DNA of 64,000 nucleotides. Source: Rhodobiaceae bacterium (GTDB lineage Bacteria > Pseudomonadota > Alphaproteobacteria > Rhizobiales > TMED25). The translations under genes and the position numbers were made by a program. Every line of letters begins with the position of its first letter. Position 1 is the first letter of the stretch. Under the pieces are notes generated by a model. It saw only the letters and a list, made by a program, of their open reading frames with translations. It did no database searches and was not told where the DNA came from. Location of the stretch: the NCBI GenBank assembly GCA_018651345.1, contig JABIEF010000071.1, positions 500-64,499 on the forward strand, in the 5' to 3' direction. This document shows, piece after piece, positions 20,063 through 29,227 of this stretch.

Positions 20063-21235
20063 ATGAAGATGATGAAAAAAAATAAATATAAAGACGCAAC
20101 TAAAATTACACATTCAGGTAGAAAACCTGAGGATCATTACGGATTTGTCAATACCCCTATTTACCGAGGATCAACTGTATTATCGAATACGGCTAAGGAA
20201 TTTAAGAATAAAACTGGCAAATATCAATATGGGAGCCTTGGAACCCCCTCATCTGAAAGCTTAGAAAACAATATAAAAGATCTAGAACAAGCAGATGGCT
20301 GTAAATTAACCAGTTCTGGAAGAAGTGCAATCTTATTAGCGCTATTAAGTGTATTAAAAAAAGATGATCATATTCTTCTATCGGATAATGTTTACTACCC
20401 AACAAAAAAAATAGTCGACAGCTTCTTATCCAAGATGGGCATAAGTTCTTCGTATTTTCCTCCTGATAAAGCTATGAATATTGAAAAGTATCTACTTAAG
20501 AATACTAAGGTTATATTTCTGGAGTCTCCAGGATCATTGACATTTGAAGTTTTGGATATTCCCTACATTGCCAAAATTGCAAAAAAAAATAAAATTACAA
20601 CTATTATTGATAATACTTGGGCAACTCCATTATATTTTAAACCCTACAACCATGGTATCGACATATCTATCCATGCTGCAACAAAATATATAGTAGGCCA
20701 TTCTGACGCTATGCTTGGAGCTGTTACGGCAATTGGAAAATCTTGGGTTTTGGTAAAAAATACCTATGACATATTAAGATTAAATGCAGGTACTGACGAT
20801 ATTTACTTGGGTGACAGAGGTATAAAAACAATGAAAGTTAGGATGGACTACCAATTGGAAAGTGCAATAGAAATAGCTAAATACCTATCCAAGAATAATA
20901 AAATACATAAAGTTTTATATCCACCTTTAGAGCACGACGATGGGCATAATATATGGAAAAGAGATTTTACTGGAGGTGCTAGTCTATTTACTTTTATCAC
21001 TAAAGACCAAACAAATAATTCTGTTGAGGCTTTTATAGACAACTTAGATCTTTTTGGAATTGGTGCTTCATGGGGAGGTTACGAAAGCTTAGTTATGCCA
21101 ATCAATCCTCCCAGATCAAAAACAAACAAATGGAAGAAATACGAAAATTCAATCATAAGAATGTATGTTGGACTTGAAGATACAAGTGATCTGATAAAAG
21201 ATATAGAATTAAACTTAAAGCTACTCTCTATTTAA
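20063..21235 (+). CDS. metC: cystathionine beta-lyase (Cys/Met-metabolism PLP enzyme)
   Basis: Has the N-terminus KDATKITHSGRKPEDHYGFVNTPIYRGSTV and PLP-lysine region AATKYIVGHSDAMLG. ATG 20063 (MKMMKK...) is preferred to TTG 20021, which would add a hydrophobic extension. Confidence 0.85.
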   Translation: MKMMKKNKYKDATKITHSGRKPEDHYGFVNTPIYRGSTVLSNTAKEFKNKTGKYQYGSLGTPSSESLENNIKDLEQADGCKLTSSGRSAILLALLSVLKKDDHILLSDNVYYPTKKIVDSFLSKMGISSSYFPPDKAMNIEKYLLKNTKVIFLESPGSLTFEVLDIPYIAKIAKKNKITTIIDNTWATPLYFKPYNHGIDISIHAATKYIVGHSDAMLGAVTAIGKSWVLVKNTYDILRLNAGTDDIYLGDRGIKTMKVRMDYQLESAIEIAKYLSKNNKIHKVLYPPLEHDDGHNIWKRDFTGGASLFTFITKDQTNNSVEAFIDNLDLFGIGASWGGYESLVMPINPPRSKTNKWKKYENSIIRMYVGLEDTSDLIKDIELNLKLLSI

Positions 21236-21592
21236 TTTTTTTAAACGTAGTTCACTAATATAATCATTCCATATGTTATCTCTATTTTTATACAATTCAT
21301 CCAAATAATTCCATGTATAAATCCCGGTAGAGTGATTATCGTCAAAAAATATTCTTATAGCATAATTACCGACCAACTCTAATTTTGAGATTAATACACT
21401 TTTTTTACCATAGACTGTAATAGCATCATCCGGTCCATGTCCTCTAACTTCTGCACTTGGGCTTTTTACCCTTAGAAATTCAGCGTCTAATGAAACCTTG
21501 TTTAGGTCACTAAAAATAAGCTGTATCTTATTTTTACCTTTCGATAGAATTATATCCTTAGGTATTTTCATAAATATATCGTTCACTATCAT
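21221..21592 (-). CDS. DUF971 (gamma-butyrobetaine hydroxylase-like N-terminal domain) protein
   Basis: This ~123-aa protein carries LDAEFLRVKSPSAEVRGHG, GNYAIRIFFDDNHSTGIYTWNYL, typical of DUF971. It lies directly downstream of apbC/mrp as in many alphaproteobacteria. The start is ATG 21592 or GTG 21595. Confidence 0.7.
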   Translation of the reverse strand: MIVNDIFMKIPKDIILSKGKNKIQLIFSDLNKVSLDAEFLRVKSPSAEVRGHGPDDAITVYGKKSVLISKLELVGNYAIRIFFDDNHSTGIYTWNYLDELYKNRDNIWNDYISELRLKKLNRE

Positions 21593-22704
21593 CACTCTTC
21601 GTAAATAATATTAGGTACTATTTGTAATTTTTCTGAACTATTGATTTTTAGCCAGATGTCATTGGCAATTCGATTATAAGATTGAGAGCAAATAGAACCC
21701 GGATTAAATTCTACGATCGGCTTACCTAAATCCGAACCGACTCTAATATCTATTTCAAGGGGAATATCACCTAAATAAGGAACACCTGATTTTTTTGCCT
21801 CTTTCATAGCACCTTCTTTTCCAAATATATGCGAAGCTTCCCCGCATTTTGGGCAGATAAAGGTACTCATATTTTCAATTATTCCTAAAACAGGTATATT
21901 TACTTTCTGGAACATTGATATTCCTTTTCTTGCATCTATTAACGCTAAGTCCTGAGGTGTTGAAACTATAACAGAACCTATAATTGGTACGTTTTGAGCC
22001 ATAGTCAATTGAACATCGCCTGTACCAGGTGGCATATCAACGATAAGAATGTCAATATCACCCCAATCAACTTCTCTTAACATTTGCGTAATGGCCGATA
22101 TAACCATTGGGCCACGCCATATCATTGGCGTTTCTTCATCAACTAGGAAACCCATTGACATCGCTGCAATGCCGTACGCATTTAAAGGTTGTATTTTTTT
22201 TCCTGTTCCAGGATTTGGACGACCTTTTAAACCTAATAATTTTGGTACAGACGGACCGTATATATCAGCATCCAATATACCGATTGATAAACCTAAATTT
22301 CTAAAGGAAAGAGCAAGATTTACAGCAGTTGTTGATTTACCCACGCCTCCTTTTCCAGAAGCAACGGCAACTATATATTTAATGCCCTCAACGGATTGTT
22401 TATTACTTGCTTTTTTGGTATTGTCATTCCTACTTAAATCAGAGGGGCTTTTATCATGAGAAGTAAGAGAAACCCTTACAACATTTACGCCTGGAATTGT
22501 TTTAACAACTTCTTCAGCTTTTTTTCTAACTATTTCGAATTTATCTTTTTCTTCTTTTTTGGCACTAATAGCGAAGAAAACTCTATCATTGGCAATGACA
22601 ATTTCTGAAACAAGCCCCGCTGCAACGATATTTGAAGAATCCTTAGATTCGTCAATTAATATGCCTGATAACTTTTCAAGCACAAGTTCTTTTATAACGG
22701 GCAT
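21592..22704 (-). CDS. apbC: Fe-S cluster carrier ATPase, Mrp/ApbC/NBP35 family
   Basis: Has the P-loop VASGKGGVGKSTTAVNLA, CPKCG cysteine pair and an N-terminal DUF59-like domain. ATG 22704 is preferred to GTG 22743. Confidence 0.9.
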   Translation of the reverse strand: MPVIKELVLEKLSGILIDESKDSSNIVAAGLVSEIVIANDRVFFAISAKKEEKDKFEIVRKKAEEVVKTIPGVNVVRVSLTSHDKSPSDLSRNDNTKKASNKQSVEGIKYIVAVASGKGGVGKSTTAVNLALSFRNLGLSIGILDADIYGPSVPKLLGLKGRPNPGTGKKIQPLNAYGIAAMSMGFLVDEETPMIWRGPMVISAITQMLREVDWGDIDILIVDMPPGTGDVQLTMAQNVPIIGSVIVSTPQDLALIDARKGISMFQKVNIPVLGIIENMSTFICPKCGEASHIFGKEGAMKEAKKSGVPYLGDIPLEIDIRVGSDLGKPIVEFNPGSICSQSYNRIANDIWLKINSSEKLQIVPNIIYEE

Positions 22705-22785
22705 ATTATTATTTTCACAATTCTTTAATACCTTTAACGGCACAGTTAATTTGAATAACCATGCCGTTAAATTAAACTAATAAGC

Positions 22786-24078
22786 TTATATAACAATAAA
22801 GTAAAGTAAACTTACACCGGCAATGATGAGACTGCCCATATTTAATTCTGCGTGTTTACCACTTGCGGCTTTGATAATAACATAGGTAATGAAACCTATT
22901 GCTATACCATAAGCAATACTATACGTTAACGGCATAATAATTGCTGCCAATACTGCGGGAGCATATTCAGTTACATCATCCCAATCAATATCTCTCAAGT
23001 TTCTTATAAAGAAAGTTGCTATAAAGATAAGAGCAGGTGCAGTCGCGTATGCTGGAATGCTTTGTGCCAATGGTGCGGCAAATAAACATAACGCAAATAA
23101 TGCTGCAACAGTTACTGCTGTTAATCCAGTTCTACCACCTTCTTTAACACCAGCACCTGATTCAATATACGATGTTGTATTTGAAGTTCCAGCAAGGGCG
23201 CCTACTGTAGTAGCAACTGAGTCAGCAAGTAATGCTTTATCAATACCCTCAACTTCACCATCCTTATTAACTTTTCCTGTTAGATTAGCAACAGATGTTA
23301 AGGTACCTGCTGTATCAAAAAAGTCAACGAATAGAAAAGCAAATGCAACCCCAATAAATCCTGCTGTAAAAATCAAACTAAAATCTAAACTAAACGCATG
23401 AGTTGGATTTGGAATAGAACCTACTACTCCACCTATATCAGCTATTCCAAAGACCCAAGCGATAACGCTTACTACTAATATACCAATAATAATAGCACCG
23501 GGTACTTTTAGTTTATCCAATATTGCCATTATGGCAAAACCGACACCTGTTAATATTACTGGCCAACTGGAAATATCTCCCAGTCCGACGAGAGTAGCAG
23601 GGTTGTCAACTACTACACCAGCATTCTGTAAACCAATAATTGCAAGGAATAATCCTATTCCTGCACCGACTCCTAGTTTCATACTGCGAGGTATGGAGTT
23701 TATAATATACTTTCTTGCGGGGGTAAGACTCAATCCTATGAATACTAACCCGGCTAACAACACAGCCGCGAGGGCTTGTTGGAAACTATAACCCATTCCA
23801 AATACGACACCATAAGTAAAGAATGCATTAAGTCCCATACCCGGTGCGAGAGCTACAGGCCAGTTTGCCCATAATCCCATTATCAATGTACCAACTACGG
23901 CAGCGATGATGGTTGCTGTAAATACAGCACCAAATTCCATTCCCGTACCTTCGGTGCTTAAAATAGCAGGATTAACCACTATAATATAAGCCATTGTTAA
24001 AAATGTAGCAAGACCTGCTAGAAGTTCTGTTTTCACAGTAGTTTCTACCTTGTCAATACCAAATAGTTTGTTTAACAT
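22786..24078 (-). CDS. NCS2/AzgA-family purine (adenine/guanine/hypoxanthine) permease
   Basis: A 430-aa polytopic membrane protein. Its N-terminus LFGIDKVETTVKTELLAGLATFLTMAYIIVVNP and overall sequence are typical of the AzgA/PurP-type permeases. Confidence 0.85.
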   Translation of the reverse strand: MLNKLFGIDKVETTVKTELLAGLATFLTMAYIIVVNPAILSTEGTGMEFGAVFTATIIAAVVGTLIMGLWANWPVALAPGMGLNAFFTYGVVFGMGYSFQQALAAVLLAGLVFIGLSLTPARKYIINSIPRSMKLGVGAGIGLFLAIIGLQNAGVVVDNPATLVGLGDISSWPVILTGVGFAIMAILDKLKVPGAIIIGILVVSVIAWVFGIADIGGVVGSIPNPTHAFSLDFSLIFTAGFIGVAFAFLFVDFFDTAGTLTSVANLTGKVNKDGEVEGIDKALLADSVATTVGALAGTSNTTSYIESGAGVKEGGRTGLTAVTVAALFALCLFAAPLAQSIPAYATAPALIFIATFFIRNLRDIDWDDVTEYAPAVLAAIIMPLTYSIAYGIAIGFITYVIIKAASGKHAELNMGSLIIAGVSLLYFIVI

Positions 24079-24163
24079 TATATTTTACTCCCTTTTCCCT
24101 TTAATGTTTAGATATATTGTTAAGTTTTAAATTGAAACTCATAATAAATAAATAGCATATTTT

Positions 24164-24189
24164 TATATATTCAAATATTTGAATATATA
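24164..24189. repeat. 26-bp perfect palindrome TATATATTCAAAT|ATTTGAATATATA
   Basis: Read directly; the two halves are exact reverse complements. It lies 22 nt after the tRNA-Arg 3' end and 85 nt upstream of the permease ATG. Confidence 0.95.
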
Positions 24190-24211
24190 CTTATGCAATA
24201 AAAAATTAAAA

Positions 24212-24288
24212 TGGTGACCCCGGGAGGACTTGAACCTCCGACCTTCAGATTAGAAATCTGCTGCTCTATCCAGCTGAGCTACGGGGCC
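24212..24288 (-). tRNA. tRNA-Arg (anticodon TCT), CCA encoded
   Basis: A manual cloverleaf fits: acceptor GGCCCCG/CGGGGTC, D-arm GCTC-AGCTGGATA-GAGC, anticodon loop TTTCTAA and T-arm GGAGG-TTCAAGT-CCTCC, followed by ACCA. It is 77 nt. Confidence 0.95.
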
Positions 24289-24307
24289 AATAAACTAATA
24301 TTAGACA

Positions 24308-24613
24308 TCAATGAGTCCATAAATTTAATCTGTTATAATTAAAATTATCAGAATAGGCTTTTGGCTTATATTTTCTAACGTTGCTCTTCACAACCTCAAA
24401 ATTTATATTATTTTTTTTAGCATAAAGAATTGCGTCTTGAAGGGAATTGAAGCTTAGCTTGATCTGCTCCTTTGTATCTAGGGAGCTAGTCCAACCCATC
24501 AGAGGTTCTATAGTTTTTGGTTTCTCGGAATTAAACTCTAAAATCCACTTCTTTGTTTGAGCTAGACCTGATTGCATTGAAGTTTTTGATGGTTTGTAAA
24601 TTTTTGCAAACAT
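24308..24613 (-). CDS. NDUFS4-like protein (ETC complex I 18-kDa subunit conserved-region family)
   Basis: This 101-aa protein reads [27 protein letters not shown]...[12 protein letters not shown]...[22 protein letters not shown], the pattern of alphaproteobacterial NDUFS4 homologues. An AGGTGA SD lies 4 nt upstream of the ATG. Confidence 0.75.
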   Translation of the reverse strand: MFAKIYKPSKTSMQSGLAQTKKWILEFNSEKPKTIEPLMGWTSSLDTKEQIKLSFNSLQDAILYAKKNNINFEVVKSNVRKYKPKAYSDNFNYNRLNLWTH

Positions 24614-24653
24614 ATATCACCTTTTACGGATTACAACTAAAATATTATTCAAA

Positions 24654-24730
<77 letters not shown>

Positions 24731-24949
24731 AATAATTGAATAAAACAACTTATATACATAAATAGAATTCTATTCTAGGAAAAAATAACAAGAAAACTAT
24801 TTATATTCAAATAATAAAACAGGTCCGCCGCAATGATAGGTCCGATTTAGTAATTAAAAAACTAACACTGATTCTATTGAATTGAATAATCTTTGTATAC
24901 TTTGAGTGGCAAATAATGCAGTTTCATGTGCAAAAGTACTATTGGTATG

Positions 24950-25024
24950 TGGTACGCCCTAGGGGAATCGAACCCCTCTTTCCAGGTTGAAAACCTGGCG
25001 TCCTAACCGATAGACGAAGGGCGC
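24950..25024 (-). tRNA. tRNA-Glu (anticodon TTC), CCA encoded
   Basis: A manual cloverleaf fits: acceptor GCGCCCT/AGGGCGT (G1-U72 wobble), D-arm GTCT-ATCGGTTA-GGAC, anticodon stem CCAGG/CCTGG with loop TTTTCAA, and T-arm AGGGG-TTCGATT-CCCCT, followed by ACCA. It is 75 nt. Confidence 0.93.
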
Positions 25025-25087
25025 GCTAAGCAAATCTTATAACTATACCAACCTTTTCAAGCAAGCTTTAATTTTAAAATTATTACT

Positions 25088-26872
25088 TTAATTGGGATAT
25101 GCAATATCTTCTATTATTAACTGAACTATTTTTCTGCCATTCCATTCGTTAATATTTAGCTTTCCGATGAAATGTATTTTTTTATCTTTACTTGACAATA
25201 GAGCGTCACCCAAAGGGGTAGATATTGCTCTAAAAGCCATAGCTTCTATGGCTTTACCTTCAAAAGAACTTATAGTTAATTTAAGATGACTATCTCCAAT
25301 AATCTTGATATATGAGATTTTATGTGAAATAAAAATAAATCTTGGTGAGCGAAAAGAATTACCAAATGGTTCTAATTTATTAATCCATTCTACAAGAGTT
25401 ACGTTTGCACCCGAAGCAACCAAAATGGAATCAATTATGGTAGATTTATTCTTTTGTTTAATTTCAATAATATCATTATGAATCAATTTGTTAAAAAAAT
25501 ATTCTAAGTTAGATAGGTTATCTTCTTTAACGGTAAATCCAGCTGCCATTTCATGACCACCGCCTTTAACTAATAAATTACTTGCATACGCTTCTTTGAC
25601 AGCTAAACCTAGATCAAAACCTTTAACTGACCGTCCTGATCCAGTATATGCCTTAGTGATTGTAGAATAAGTCATTACTAACGCAGGTTTATTATACCTT
25701 TCAACTAACCGTGACGCGATAATACCAATGACACCAGGATGCCAGTTCTTTGAGGAAACAAAAACAATACTTGAATCGAAGCTATTCTCTTTTGATTCAT
25801 AGCAAGTAATCGCCTCATCCAAATATTGACTTTCAAGCCTTTGTCTTTCTAGATTCAACTCATTTAATTCAAATGCTAAACTATCAGCATCAACGGGATC
25901 ATCGGCAATTAATAATCTCAAACCCAGATCTGACTTACCAATCCTTCCTCCGGCATTTATTCTAGGACCAAATACATATCCGAAATGATAAGCATTAATT
26001 TCACCATAAATACTTGAGTGACCTGCAATAGCCTTTAGACCTTCGTTCATATTTTTATTAATTAACTTTAACCCTTGATGAACAAGAGCTCTATTTAAAC
26101 CAACCAAAGGAACAACATCTGTTATCGTTGCCATAGCAATTAGCTGGAGGTAGTTTAGAAGATTTGGTTCTTTAATATTATTAAAATATTTATCTTCTCG
26201 TAAAATTCTATTCAAAGCAACCAAAGTTAAGAAAACGACTCCTGAAGCACATAAAAAACCTAATCCACTGGAATCATCCAACCTATTAGGATTAACTACA
26301 GCATAAACATCTGGTAAAAATTCTGATGGTTGATGATGGTCCAATACAATGATATCAATATTGCTTTCAATAGATTTAAAAATATCATTAGAACTTGTTC
26401 CGCAATCAACGCTGATCAATAAAGTTACTCCTTTTTTAATAAGCATTTTTATAGAATCTACGCTGGGCCCATAACCTTCTTTAATTCTATCCGGTATATG
26501 TGTATGTACAATATTACTTAATGAATTTAAGTACTTATACAATACTGATGTTGAGACAGCTCCATCAACATCATAATCACCAATAATACCAATTTTTTCA
26601 TTATTTACAATAGCTTGCTTTATCCTATTGCAAGATTTATCCATATCAATTAACACATAAGGATCAGGCATTGAATGTTTTAATGTGGGATTCAAATAAA
26701 ATTCAATATCATTAGAACGAACACCTCTATTCATTAAAATTCTAACTATAAGATCAGGAATCTTATATTTGCTTTTTATAGCAAGTATCTTATTTTCATC
26801 CTGAGGTCTAATAACCCAAGATTTTTTTAGAACCGATTCTTTTATATCTAAAATATTTTCTGAATTTTTCAT
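25088..26872 (-). CDS. recJ: single-stranded-DNA-specific exonuclease RecJ
   Basis: Carries DHH-family motifs GDYDVDGAVS, VDCGTSS, VLDHHQP and GGGHEMAAG; 594 aa. Confidence 0.93.
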   Translation of the reverse strand: MKNSENILDIKESVLKKSWVIRPQDENKILAIKSKYKIPDLIVRILMNRGVRSNDIEFYLNPTLKHSMPDPYVLIDMDKSCNRIKQAIVNNEKIGIIGDYDVDGAVSTSVLYKYLNSLSNIVHTHIPDRIKEGYGPSVDSIKMLIKKGVTLLISVDCGTSSNDIFKSIESNIDIIVLDHHQPSEFLPDVYAVVNPNRLDDSSGLGFLCASGVVFLTLVALNRILREDKYFNNIKEPNLLNYLQLIAMATITDVVPLVGLNRALVHQGLKLINKNMNEGLKAIAGHSSIYGEINAYHFGYVFGPRINAGGRIGKSDLGLRLLIADDPVDADSLAFELNELNLERQRLESQYLDEAITCYESKENSFDSSIVFVSSKNWHPGVIGIIASRLVERYNKPALVMTYSTITKAYTGSGRSVKGFDLGLAVKEAYASNLLVKGGGHEMAAGFTVKEDNLSNLEYFFNKLIHNDIIEIKQKNKSTIIDSILVASGANVTLVEWINKLEPFGNSFRSPRFIFISHKISYIKIIGDSHLKLTISSFEGKAIEAMAFRAISTPLGDALLSSKDKKIHFIGKLNINEWNGRKIVQLIIEDIAYPN

Positions 26873-26889
26873 ACATGATATATCAAATA

Positions 26890-27867
26890 TTATTTAAACT
26901 TATCTAAGAGTGTGTGTTGCGTTTTTATCCATCTTACAGTGCCCGTCGTTGATCTCATTATTACAGTTTCTGTTGTAATATAATTATTTTCAAATCTTAC
27001 ACCCTCTAACATCGAGCCCTCAGTAACACCCGTTGCAGCAAAAAAAACATCACCGGAAGCCAATTCAAGTAAATCGTATTTTTTATTCAAATCATTATTA
27101 CCCATTTTTAAAGCCCTAGATTCTTCATCTTTATTACTAATGACTAACCTCCCTTGCATCTGCCCTCCGGTACATCTTAAAGCAGCTGCAGCAAGAACAC
27201 CTTCTGGAGCTCCACCTATCCCCATATAAATATCAATATTTGTCTTTAATGAGTTTGTTGTAGCTATAATACCCGCAACATCTCCAGCAGTTATCAGATG
27301 CACAGAAGCTCCACATTTTCTTGCGCCTTCAATATGCTTTGAGTGCCTCGGACGATCTAGTATACAGACAGTTATTTCACTTGGGGGAACACCTTTTTCT
27401 TTTGCTAAAGAAATAATATTTTCTTCTGGTGACGCATCAAGATCTATAACATTATTATTGTAACCAGGACCTATTGCTATCTTATCCATATATGTATCTG
27501 GAGCATGTAACATTCCACCGCCCACTGACATCGCCAGAACAGCCAATGAATTTGGCATTCCTTTTGCACATAATGTGGTTCCTTCTAATGGGTCAAGGGC
27601 AATATCAACTTCAGGGCCATTACCTGTTCCAACTTCTTCCCCAATATATAACATTGGAGCTTCATCCCTCTCGCCTTCTCCAATAACCACAGTTCCTTTG
27701 ATATCCAATGCATTTAATTCACTTCTCATAGCGTCAACGGCAGCCTGATCTGCTGCTTTTTCATTCCCTCTACCTGCATGCCTTGCTGCTGCCACTGCAG
27801 CACGCTCAGTTACACGAGCTAGTTCTGTTGAAAATATTCTATTAAGATTCGTTTTGATTTTATTCAT
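26890..27867 (-). CDS. glpX: fructose-1,6-bisphosphatase class II
   Basis: Has full-length GlpX-like sequence (ELARVTERAAVAAARHAGRGNEKAADQAAVDAMR, DPLEGTT). The hom-glpX-recJ order is conserved in alphaproteobacteria. Confidence 0.93.
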   Translation of the reverse strand: MNKIKTNLNRIFSTELARVTERAAVAAARHAGRGNEKAADQAAVDAMRSELNALDIKGTVVIGEGERDEAPMLYIGEEVGTGNGPEVDIALDPLEGTTLCAKGMPNSLAVLAMSVGGGMLHAPDTYMDKIAIGPGYNNNVIDLDASPEENIISLAKEKGVPPSEITVCILDRPRHSKHIEGARKCGASVHLITAGDVAGIIATTNSLKTNIDIYMGIGGAPEGVLAAAALRCTGGQMQGRLVISNKDEESRALKMGNNDLNKKYDLLELASGDVFFAATGVTEGSMLEGVRFENNYITTETVIMRSTTGTVRWIKTQHTLLDKFK

Positions 27868-27886
27868 TTTGTACTCTCAGAGACTT

Positions 27887-29206
27887 CTATGTTTGTTGAA
27901 TTTTAATAATCGTTGGTATTCCTTTAACTTGTCCATTCTTAGCAATTTGGTCAAGAACTTTATTAACACTAGCACTTGTTGTAATATCAGTAATAATGGA
28001 TACCGATGCATAATCATTTGTATTGTTTTTGCCATTATTTCTTTGATTAATTGCGCTCAAAGATATGTTATACTCAGCCATAGATTTTGTAACACTAGCT
28101 ATTGATCCAGCAATATTTGGTAGAAGCATTCTTATATAATATTGATTGTTATCAACAACTTCATCTATTTTCTTAAATTCTTTCATTTTATTAGTAGGCA
28201 TACCTAAATTTGACACAGTTGATTTATTTGCTATATCAAATATATCAGCAACAACAGAAGATGCTGTTGGTTTGCTTCCGGCCCCAAGGCCCGATATTGT
28301 AATAGCGCCAACGAAATTACCGTCCACAACTATTGCGTTATTAACGCCATCAATAGAGCTAATCAATGACTTATCAGATACGAGGCACGGTTGAACACAT
28401 TGTGTTATTCCTGATGTTTTTTTTTCAGATATACCAAGTAATCTTATTTTATAACCATGTTCTTTTGCCGCCTGTATGTCATCTAAAGAAATCTTTTCAA
28501 TCCCCTCTATGTGAATTGAACTAAAATCAATCTTTGTACCAAAAGCTAAGCTTGATAATATAGAAAGTTTATGAGCAGCATCATAGCCACCAACATCAAA
28601 AGAGGGATCGGCTTCCGCATAACCTAATCTTTGAGCTTCTTTCAAAGAAACATCAAACCCAATAGAATTATTTTCCATAGACGACAATATATAATTACAG
28701 GTACCATTTAATATACCATATATTTTAGCTGTAGAGTTACAAGAAAGGCTTTCCTTTAAGAGTTTTACTATAGGAATTCCGCCTGCAACAGCAGCTTCTA
28801 ACAATAAGAGGGTTTTTCTTTTTTCTGCTATTTCTATTAAAAAATTACCGTGATTTGCCAGCATGGCTTTGTTAGCTGTAATAACATGTTTTCCCGATTC
28901 TATAGCAGCTTGTGTAGCCTCTAAGGCAACACCATCCTCCCCACCAATAAGTTCAATAAATACATCTATATCTCCTGATCTAGCAAGATCAATAGGGTCA
29001 TCGTACCAAGCGTACGTATCAATATTGTAATTTCTTTGTTTTTTTCTGTTCTTTGCCGATACACCTTTAATTATAATTTTTTTTTCTAATTTCTTTTCTA
29101 TTAATTCTGAGTTCTTTTGAAGTAGATTTATTACACCTTCACCAACATTGCCAAGGCCTGCTATCCCAATATTTAAATTTTTAGTTATATTTTTACTGTG
29201 GTTCAT
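27887..29206 (-). CDS. hom: homoserine dehydrogenase
   Basis: Has an N-terminal Rossmann motif IGIAGLGNVGEGV, a catalytic domain (AEADPSFDVGGYDAAHKL) and a C-terminal ACT-like domain. Confidence 0.93.
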   Translation of the reverse strand: MNHSKNITKNLNIGIAGLGNVGEGVINLLQKNSELIEKKLEKKIIIKGVSAKNRKKQRNYNIDTYAWYDDPIDLARSGDIDVFIELIGGEDGVALEATQAAIESGKHVITANKAMLANHGNFLIEIAEKRKTLLLLEAAVAGGIPIVKLLKESLSCNSTAKIYGILNGTCNYILSSMENNSIGFDVSLKEAQRLGYAEADPSFDVGGYDAAHKLSILSSLAFGTKIDFSSIHIEGIEKISLDDIQAAKEHGYKIRLLGISEKKTSGITQCVQPCLVSDKSLISSIDGVNNAIVVDGNFVGAITISGLGAGSKPTASSVVADIFDIANKSTVSNLGMPTNKMKEFKKIDEVVDNNQYYIRMLLPNIAGSIASVTKSMAEYNISLSAINQRNNGKNNTNDYASVSIITDITTSASVNKVLDQIAKNGQVKGIPTIIKIQQT

Positions 29207-29227
29207 TTCTAATATATTTTCTATATT

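Noticed and set aside
24079-24211. Possible purine riboswitch in the leader of the purine permease.
   Set aside because: The leader is nearly pure A/T. It lacks the conserved three-way-junction core (no UAUAAUCGCG / CCGGGCACCGUAAAUGUCCGACUAUG-like segments) on the coding strand.
24821-24844. Possible SRP (4.5S) RNA, because CAGGTCCG resembles the conserved AGGUCCGGAAGG helix-8 segment.
   Set aside because: Only 8 nt match. The GGAA tetraloop and the GAAGCAGC partner strand are absent on both strands, and no complementary segment exists to build helix 8.
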